From Xanthomonas campestris pv. campestris str. ATCC 33913 (lineage in GTDB: Bacteria > Pseudomonadota > Gammaproteobacteria > Xanthomonadales > Xanthomonadaceae), in the NCBI RefSeq assembly GCF_000007145.1, contig NC_003902.1, positions 1,567,436 through 1,599,435 of the forward strand: DNA of 32,000 bases, read 5' to 3'. The notes beneath the pieces are model-generated. The model saw nothing but the letters and a program-made list of their open reading frames with translations. It was not told the origin of the DNA and did no database searches. Below are positions 25,609-32,000 of this stretch, piece by piece. A program made the position numbers and the translations under genes. Numbering within the stretch: the stretch's first letter is position 1; the number at the start of each line of letters is the position of its first letter.

Positions 25609-26436
25609 CTAGAATCCGAGAATTTCCTTGCCGAGCGCGAACACCGGCAGCGCGGCGAGCACGCCGTCGATCCGATCCAGTACGCCGCCGTGGCCGGGAA
25701 TCACCGTGCCCGAATCCTTGGCGCCGGCATGCCGCTTGAGCAGGCTTTCGAACAGATCGCCCAGCACCGAGGCCAGCACCGCGACCGCGGCCACCAGCAC
25801 CAGCTGCGGCACATGCGCCAGGGTCAGCCCGGCCAGCCAGCCGAAGGCGCAGGCCACTGCAATACCGGCGACCAGCCCGCCCAGCAGGCCTTCGATGGTC
25901 TTGTTGGGGCTGATCCGCGGTGCCAGCTTGTGCTTGCCGAACCGCCGCCCGGCGAAATACGCGCCCGAGTCGGCCGCCCAGACCATGGTCAGCGCGGTCA
26001 GCAGCCACAGGTTGCCCTTGTCGGGATTGGCGTGCAGCAGCACCAGCGCGGCCCAGGCCGGCAGGACCGCCAGCGTGCCGGCCGCCAGCTTGAGCGCGCG
26101 TGCCTGGCCATTGCCGTGGTCGGCGCCGAAGTTGAAGAACCGCAGCCACAGCAGCGCCACCAGCCACCAGCCCACGCCCACCAGGGCAGCGATCTGGAAC
26201 AGCACCATCGAGCCGACCGATGCCCAGACCATCAGCACCATCAGCAGCAGGTTGAGCATCAGCAGCACGGTGCGCGGCAGGCTGTCGTCGATGCCGGACA
26301 GCTTGAGCCACTCCCATAGCCCGGTCAGGAACAGGATCGCCGCCAGCGCCGCCAGCCACTGGGTGGGCAGCAGCACGATCGCGCAGATGGCGAGCGGCGC
26401 CATGATCAGCGCGGCAATCACACGGGTCTGGGTCAT
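25609..26436 (-). CDS. cdsA: Phosphatidate cytidylyltransferase (CDP-diglyceride synthase)
   Basis: ORF track 25609..26598, trimmed to ATG 26436 ([15 protein letters not shown]...), which overlaps the uppS stop (ATGA). Polytopic membrane protein with the signature [27 protein letters not shown]...[30 protein letters not shown]. Confidence 0.92.
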
Positions 26437-27209
26437 GCGGAAGACGCCTCCGTCGCCTTCTCGGCGATCTGGGCGCTGGTCAGGCCGAAGCGGCGTTCGC
26501 GCCCGGCATAGTCGTCCAGAGCCTGTTGCAGCACGCCGGCGTCGAACTCCGGCCACAGGGTTTCGGTGAACCACAGCTCGGTGTAGGCGAGCTGCCACAA
26601 CAGGAAATTGCTGATCCGGGTGTCGCCGCCGGTGCGGATGAACAGGTCCGGCGCAGGCAGGTCGGCCAGGGCGACCCGGCTGGCTAGCAAGGCTTCGTCG
26701 ATCTGCTCCGGCTGCAACCGGCCTGCCGCGACCTCGACGGCCAGCGCACGCGCGGCCATGGCGATGTCCTGGCGGCCGCCATAACTGGCGGCGATGCTCA
26801 GCACCAGCCGCGTGTTAGCCGCGGTGATGCGCTCGGCACCGGCCATGCGGTCGCGCAGTGGCGCGGTAAAGCGGCTGCGGTCGCCGATGAAACGCACCTG
26901 CACGCCACGCCGCTGCAACTCTTCGACCCCACGATCGAGTGCATGCAGGAACAGCTTCATCAGTGCGTCGACTTCGTCCTGCGGGCGGCCCCAGTTCTCG
27001 CTGGAAAACGCGAACAAGGTCAGTGCCGACACGCCCTTGTCGAGACAGAAATCGATGGTGCGGTTGACCGCCCGCGCGCCGGCACGGTGGCCGATCACGC
27101 GCGGACGCCGCCGACGCTGCGCCCAGCGCCCGTTGCCATCCATGATGATGGCAAGGTGGCGCGGCACCGCGGCAGCGGAGGGCTCCGAATGCATGGCAGT
27201 GGACGCCAC
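26433..27209 (-). CDS. uppS: Undecaprenyl-diphosphate synthase (di-trans,poly-cis)
   Basis: 258 aa. [13 protein letters not shown]...GHRAG...[14 protein letters not shown]...[23 protein letters not shown]. The start in the track is GTG 27209, 2 nt after the frr stop. Alternative ATG at 27194. Confidence 0.93.
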
Positions 27210-27211
27210 GG

Positions 27212-27769
27212 TCAGACCGTCATCAATTCCTGTTCCTTGCCCTTGACGACCTCATCCACGTCCTTGATGGCCTTGTCGGTGAGCTTCTGGATATCGTCTT
27301 CGGCGCCGCGCGCTTCGTCCTCGGTGACCTGCTTGTCCTTGAGCAGATCCTTGACCTGCTGGTTGGCATCGCGCCGGATGTTGCGGATGGCGACCTTGGC
27401 GTCTTCGCCTTCGCCATGCACCGACTTGCTCAGCTCCTTGCGGCGCTCTTCGGTGAGCGGCGGCAGGTTCAGGCGGATCACGGTGCCGACCACGGTCGGG
27501 GTCAGGCCCAGGTCGGAGGCGTAAATTGCCTTCTCGACGTCCTTGATCATGCCCTTGTCGAACAGGCTGATGACCAGCGAGCGGCCTTCGGAGACGCTGA
27601 TGCTGGCGACCTGGTTGAGGGGGGTGTCGGTGCCGTAGGCCTTGACCTTGATGTTGTCGAGCAGCGCCGGCGAGGCGCGGCCGGTGCGCACGGTGGTCAG
27701 GGAATGGCGCAGAGCATCGATGCTCTTGGTCATGCGCGTCTGCGCGTCTTGTTTGATCTGGTTGAGCAT
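27212..27769 (-). CDS. frr: Ribosome recycling factor
   Basis: 185 aa. [38 protein letters not shown]...IRNIRRDAN... is the canonical RRF sequence. Confidence 0.97.
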   Translation of the reverse strand: MLNQIKQDAQTRMTKSIDALRHSLTTVRTGRASPALLDNIKVKAYGTDTPLNQVASISVSEGRSLVISLFDKGMIKDVEKAIYASDLGLTPTVVGTVIRLNLPPLTEERRKELSKSVHGEGEDAKVAIRNIRRDANQQVKDLLKDKQVTEDEARGAEDDIQKLTDKAIKDVDEVVKGKEQELMTV

Positions 27770-27801
27770 CGCCGAACGTCCTGGTGAATCGTAATTGATC
27801 G

Positions 27802-27807
27802 ATTATA
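27802..27807 (-). promoter_or_regulatory. Perfect TATAAT -10 hexamer upstream of frr
   Basis: Plus-strand attata at 27802-27807 reads TATAAT on the minus strand, 33-38 nt upstream of the frr ATG and downstream of two terminator-like hairpins. I found no good -35 at 16-18 nt spacing. Confidence 0.3.
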
Positions 27808-27842
27808 GCCGCCAGCGGCGCCGACAGCCGGCGCAGCGCAGC

Positions 27843-27868
27843 AAAAAGCCCGGCAGGCGCCCGCCGGG
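27843..27868 (-). terminator. Terminator-like hairpin with T5 (second of two after pyrH)
   Basis: The minus strand reads CCCGGC-GGGCGCCT-GCCGGG-C-TTTTT. The stem pairs 27849-27854 with 27863-27868, and the T-run is the complement of A 27843-27847. Confidence 0.45.
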
Positions 27869-27930
27869 ATTCATGGGCGCGCACGGCCCGGGCGGGCGGG
27901 TCCTGCCCACTGTGCATCGTGAAAATGCAG

Positions 27931-27954
27931 CACAGCCGCCCGGAGGCGGCTGTG
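27931..27954 (-). terminator. Terminator-like hairpin after pyrH
   Basis: CACAGCCGCC (27931-27940) pairs with GGCGGCTGTG (27945-27954) around a 4-nt loop. On the minus strand it is followed by CTGCATTTTC. It starts about 50 nt after the pyrH stop. Confidence 0.5.
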
Positions 27955-28005
27955 TGGTCACTGTCTGGCGAGCCGCGGTGTCTCAGCCGGGCCCGACCGT
28001 GTCGC

Positions 28006-28728
28006 TCAGCTGCGGCCCTGTACCAACGTGCCGATCTGCGCGCCGTGCAGGATGCGCAGCAGTACGCCGGGCTCGCTCATGCCGAAGATGCGCAGCGGCA
28101 GGTCGCTGTCGCGGGCCAGTGCGAAGGCGGCGGTGTCCATCACTTCCAGGCCCTGCATGATCACTTCGTCGTAGGTCAGGCTGTCGTAACGCACCGCATC
28201 GCTGTGCTTCTTCGGATCCTTGTCGTACACGCCATCGACCTTGGTCGCCTTCAGCAGCAGATCAGCGCCGATCTCGATCGCACGCAGCGCGGCGCCCGAG
28301 TCAGTGGTGAAGAACGGGTTGCCGGTGCCGGCGGCGAAGATCGCGATGCGGCCCTTTTCCAGGTGACGGATCGCACGGCGGCGGATGAAGTCTTCGCAGA
28401 CGTCGTTGATCTTGATCGCGCTCATCACGCGCACCTTGGCGCCGAGCTTTTCCAGCGCGTCCTGCATGGCCAGCGCGTTGATCACGGTGGCCAGCATGCC
28501 CATGTGGTCGCCGGTGACGCGGTCCATGCCGCTGGCAGCCAGGCCGGCGCCGCGGAAGATGTTGCCGCCGCCGATCACCAGCGCAACCTGCGCGCCGGCC
28601 TGCTGGGCTTCGATCACTTCATGCGCGAGGCGATTGATGACCTTGGGGTCGATGCCGTAATCCCCATCCCCCATCAGCGCCTCCCCGGAAAGTTTGAGAA
28701 GGATGCGGCGATAGGAAAGTTCAGACAT
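28006..28728 (-). CDS. pyrH: UMP kinase
   Basis: 240 aa. [15 protein letters not shown]...[10 protein letters not shown]...[34 protein letters not shown]. Confidence 0.97.
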   Translation of the reverse strand: MSELSYRRILLKLSGEALMGDGDYGIDPKVINRLAHEVIEAQQAGAQVALVIGGGNIFRGAGLAASGMDRVTGDHMGMLATVINALAMQDALEKLGAKVRVMSAIKINDVCEDFIRRRAIRHLEKGRIAIFAAGTGNPFFTTDSGAALRAIEIGADLLLKATKVDGVYDKDPKKHSDAVRYDSLTYDEVIMQGLEVMDTAAFALARDSDLPLRIFGMSEPGVLLRILHGAQIGTLVQGRS

Positions 28729-28835
28729 GGGGCAGGCCTCGGGGGTGGGGGATCGACAAACGCCGGCAATTCTAGCGGAAGCCTGTCACCGGGCGTGGTA
28801 AAAATTCCTTTGTTGCGCGATGCGTGCCGTGTTGC

Positions 28836-29501
28836 TCAGTGCGCGCGTGGTGTCGGTTGCGCCGGCACCTCGGTCGCATCGTAGGCGGTGACGCGGTTGC
28901 GGCCGCGATGCTTGGAGCGATACAGCGTGGTGTCGGCGGCCTGCAACAGATGCTCGATGCTTTCGAATTGGCGGTCGCCGCCACCGTGCGTGGCCAATCC
29001 CGCAGAAAACGTGATGTGCAGCGGCCCGCCGGGCAATTGCGCCATCGGTGTGCGTGCGGTTTCGGCCAGGATGCGCTCGATCACCATCAGCGCGGCCTCG
29101 GCGGTGGTGTTGGGCAGGATCACCAGGAATTCTTCGCCGCCGTAGCGCGCCACCAGGTCGCTGGTACGCACCATGCGCTGCAGGGTCTGCGCGAAGTTGC
29201 GCAGCACCTCGTCGCCGACCAGGTGGCCATGCGCATCGTTGACGCGCTTGAAGTCGTCCAGGTCGATGAAGGCGATCGACAGCGGCCACGCCTGCCGGGT
29301 GGCCAGTTCGAACTCATGCGCGAGCGCGGTGCCGAGCTGGTGGCGGTTGAACACGCCGGTCAGTGCATCGCGGCTGGCCTGTTCGGCCAGGTGGCGCATG
29401 CGGTTTTCCGATTCGTCGGCATGCCGGCGTGCCTCGGCCACGTCCTGCAGCTCGCGCAGGCTGCGCAGCATGGCCAGCTCGCGTGCCTGTTCGAAGATCA
29501 C
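28836..29501 (-). CDS. Minimal diguanylate cyclase: N-terminal helix plus a GGDEF domain with GGEEF active site and RxxD I-site
   Basis: 221 aa. ...DALTGVFNRHQL...IAFIDLDDFKRVNDAHGHLVGDEVL...RTSDLVARYGGEEFLVILP...SAGLA...ADTTLYRSKHRGRNRV. RTSD lies 5 residues before GGEEF. The start in the track is GTG 29501, overlapping the HDOD stop (GTGA at 29498-29501). Alternative ATG at 29471. Confidence 0.87.
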   Translation of the reverse strand: MIFEQARELAMLRSLRELQDVAEARRHADESENRMRHLAEQASRDALTGVFNRHQLGTALAHEFELATRQAWPLSIAFIDLDDFKRVNDAHGHLVGDEVLRNFAQTLQRMVRTSDLVARYGGEEFLVILPNTTAEAALMVIERILAETARTPMAQLPGGPLHITFSAGLATHGGGDRQFESIEHLLQAADTTLYRSKHRGRNRVTAYDATEVPAQPTPRAH

Positions 29502-30358
29502 TGGATGTGCTCGGGCTGCGGCACACGGATATCGAACAGGGCTTCGAGTTCGGGCAGCGATTCGGCAATGCGCTCGATCACCTTTTCAAAGCGCTCGGCA
29601 TCGAGCTCCAGCACATCCTGCGCCTGCTGTTGCGCGCGCTCGGTAGCGGTGGCCGCACTGGCCGACAGCCAGATATCGGCCAGCCGCCCGGACAGCGCCA
29701 CGCAGGCCATGAAGGGTTCCAGGCTTGCCGGCTCTTCTTCGCTCTGGGCGATGGCGTTCTGCAGGTACGGCGGCAGCTGCCATTGATGCGCCAGCCAGGC
29801 GCCGACCTCGGCATGCGTGGCGCCAAGATGCTCGCGTTCGGCGTCCAGCAGTGCGGCGTTATCGGGGGCCTGTTCCAGCAGTGGGGCGTACACCTCCGGC
29901 GTGCCCTGCAGCAGCGCCAGCTTGCCGATGTCCTGCAGCAGGCCGGCCAGCATCAGCTCTTCCGGCTTGCGGATGCCATAGGCCTGGCCAAGGATGCGGC
30001 TGGCCAGCGCACACAGGCCGGCGCGGCGCCAGATGCGCTCGTGCAGCGGATGCGTTTTGAACGTGCTGCGCACGCCGTGGACCATCGAAAAGCCCAGCGC
30101 CAGGCTCAAGGTCGCATTGAGGCCGAGCATGGTCAGTGCCTGGCCCAGGTTGTCGATGCGGCGCCGGCTGGCGTACAGCGGGGAATTGGCCACGCGCAAC
30201 ATGCGTGCGCTCAACGCCATGTCCATGCCGATGACGTTGGCCGTGGTGGTCATGTCGACGTCGGGGTCTTGCGCCAGCTCGATGATGCGCAGCGCCACGC
30301 CCGGCGGCGAGGGCAGGTTGCGGCAGTAGTGCAGGGCGGCCTGGAGGTCTGGTTGCAT
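29498..30358 (-). CDS. HDOD-domain signalling protein
   Basis: 286 aa. LPSPPGVALRIIELAQDPDVDMTTTANVIGMDMALSARMLRVANSPLYA...LGLNATLSLALG...LLQDIGKLALL...EREHLGATHAEVGAWLAHQWQLP matches the typical HDOD pattern. No other domain is recognisable. Confidence 0.87.
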   Translation of the reverse strand: MQPDLQAALHYCRNLPSPPGVALRIIELAQDPDVDMTTTANVIGMDMALSARMLRVANSPLYASRRRIDNLGQALTMLGLNATLSLALGFSMVHGVRSTFKTHPLHERIWRRAGLCALASRILGQAYGIRKPEELMLAGLLQDIGKLALLQGTPEVYAPLLEQAPDNAALLDAEREHLGATHAEVGAWLAHQWQLPPYLQNAIAQSEEEPASLEPFMACVALSGRLADIWLSASAATATERAQQQAQDVLELDAERFEKVIERIAESLPELEALFDIRVPQPEHIQ

Positions 30359-30590
30359 GGTTCATCGCCGACAGTGATCGCAAGCATACAGCCGCGGTCG
30401 TTGAGTTGGGCACGCCACGCAGTGCAGTCGCCGCGCTGCAACGCAGGCGCAATGGGCGCTGGAAAGCCTGGTCGGCATCTCGTTTTTAGCGGCAGCGGCA
30501 CGCGCATCTGTAGCGTTGCGGCCGGTTGCATACGCCGCGCATGCAGGCGGCCTGGCGGCAAACAGCGCTGCGCCAGCGCGTAGTGCGGGC

Positions 30591-30623
30591 AAAAAAAAAG
30601 CCGCGGCATGCCGCGGCTTTTTT
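30591..30623 (-). terminator. Strong rho-independent terminator after tsf (palindromic, potentially bidirectional)
   Basis: A9-GCCGCGGCATGCCGCGGC-T6 is a perfect palindrome. On the minus strand the GC stem is followed by T9. It starts 20 nt after the tsf stop. Confidence 0.85.
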
Positions 30624-30642
30624 CGTCATCGAACGCGGTGAA

Positions 30643-31521
30643 TCAGGCCAGTCCGGCCTGCTTCATCACTTCGGCAGCGTAGTCTTCCACCACCTTCTCG
30701 ATGCCTTCGCCAACGGCCAGACGCTGGAAGCCGATCACTTCGGCGCCGGCGGCCTTGACCGCCTGCTCGACGGTCTGGTCGGTGTTCAGCACGTACGGCT
30801 GGCCGTACAGGGTGACTTCGTTGACGATCTTGCTGATCTTGCCGCTGATGATCTTTTCCAGGATTTCGGCCGGCTTGGCCTTGTCCTTCTCGGACATCTT
30901 GGCCAGCTCGATTTCCTTTTCCTTGGCAACGAACTCGGCCGGGACGTCGGAGGCCTTGACGTGCGGCGGGTTCATCGCAGCGATGTGCATCGCGATGCCA
31001 CGGGCCAGCTCGGCGTCGCCGCCCTTGAGCTCGACCAGCACGCCGATGCGGCCGCCGTGCACGTAGGCCGCGACGTTGTTGGCGCTGTCGATGCGGACCA
31101 GGCGACGTACCTGCAGGTTCTCGCCAACCTTGGCGATGACCGCAGCGCGACGCTCTTCGATGGTCTCGCCGCTGTCCAGCTTGACGCTCTTCAGGGCGTC
31201 GGCATCGGTCGCGTCAGAGTTCAGCGCAGCGTTGGCGACGACGTCGGTGAAGGCCAGGAAGTTCTCGTCCTTGGCGACGAAGTCGGTCTCGGAGTTGACT
31301 TCGACCAGCACTGCCTTGCCGCCAGCCTGTGCGGTGGCGATGCGGCCTTCGGCGGCAACGCGGTCGGCCTTCTTGTCAGCCTTGGCCAGACCCGACTTGC
31401 GCAGCCATTCGGCCGCGGCGTCGATGTCGCCTGCGTTTTCGACGAGTGCCTTCTTGCACTCCATCATGCCGGCGCCGGTGCGCTCGCGCAGTTCTTTAAC
31501 CAGGGAAGCAGTGATTTCCAT
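30643..31521 (-). CDS. tsf: Elongation factor Ts
   Basis: ORF track 30643..31569, trimmed to ATG 31521 ([28 protein letters not shown]...) with GAGG 7-10 nt upstream. 292 aa. Confidence 0.97.
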
Positions 31522-31652
31522 GGAATTACCTCGTATGGACGAATACGTGCGGCGGAAGTGTTCCGCCAATGAGGAGACGGTGCAGCGTGCTGGCCGCCCC
31601 CGTGGGTGTCTTCAATGGCCCGAGCGACGCGACGCGAGGGTCCCGTCGGGGC

Positions 31653-31680
31653 TGCGGCCGCACAGCATGGTGCGGCCGCA
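31653..31680 (-). other. Perfect 11-bp GC-rich stem-loop in the rpsB-tsf spacer (possible attenuator or processing site)
   Basis: TGCGGCCGCAC (31653-31663) pairs with GTGCGGCCGCA (31670-31680) around the loop AGCATG. It lies 12 nt after the rpsB stop. No U-tract follows on the minus strand. Confidence 0.4.
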
Positions 31681-31691
31681 TTGCATGCCGA

Positions 31692-32000
<309 letters not shown>

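Overview
This is a high-GC (~65%) gammaproteobacterial chromosome segment. Gene content, protein sequences and a characteristic GGGAATN heptamer hairpin repeat point to a Xanthomonas-type (Xanthomonadaceae) genome. That assignment is recognition only; no search was run.

The minus strand from 32000 down to 10922 carries the conserved translation/envelope supercluster: rpsB (partial), tsf, an HDOD + GGDEF pair, pyrH, frr, uppS, cdsA, dxr, rseP, bamA, lpxD, fabZ, lpxA, lpxB, rnhB, dnaE, accA. Several junctions are 4-nt stop/start overlaps: lpxD/fabZ, lpxB/rnhB, uppS/cdsA and HDOD/GGDEF.

The left third (1-10900) holds miscellaneous genes:
- a secreted Lys-rich protein (partial, missed by the ORF track)
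- a DUF502-yhhQ pair
- a Cys-rich hypothetical gene with a frame break near its 3' end
- an alginate-export-family porin
- a PadR + DUF1700/sensor membrane protein pair
- phaZ
- a SAM methyltransferase
- hemJ
- a TPR membrane protein

I saw no rRNA, tRNA, CRISPR, transposase, integrase or phage genes. Many long ORFs in the track are antisense shadows or 5' extensions typical of high-GC DNA. I did not find a convincing novel multi-gene system.

The items most worth a second look are:
1. Four inverted arrays of GGGAATN heptamers at gene boundaries. One straddles the lpxB/rnhB overlap and is translated in both proteins.
2. The HDOD-GGDEF pair wedged between tsf and pyrH.
3. The absence of skp between bamA and lpxD, with a small opposite-strand secreted-peptide gene in its place.
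4. The frame break in the 2058-3421 gene.
5. A 0.5-kb ORF-free convergent gap.

All functional calls rest on motif and family recognition by eye.
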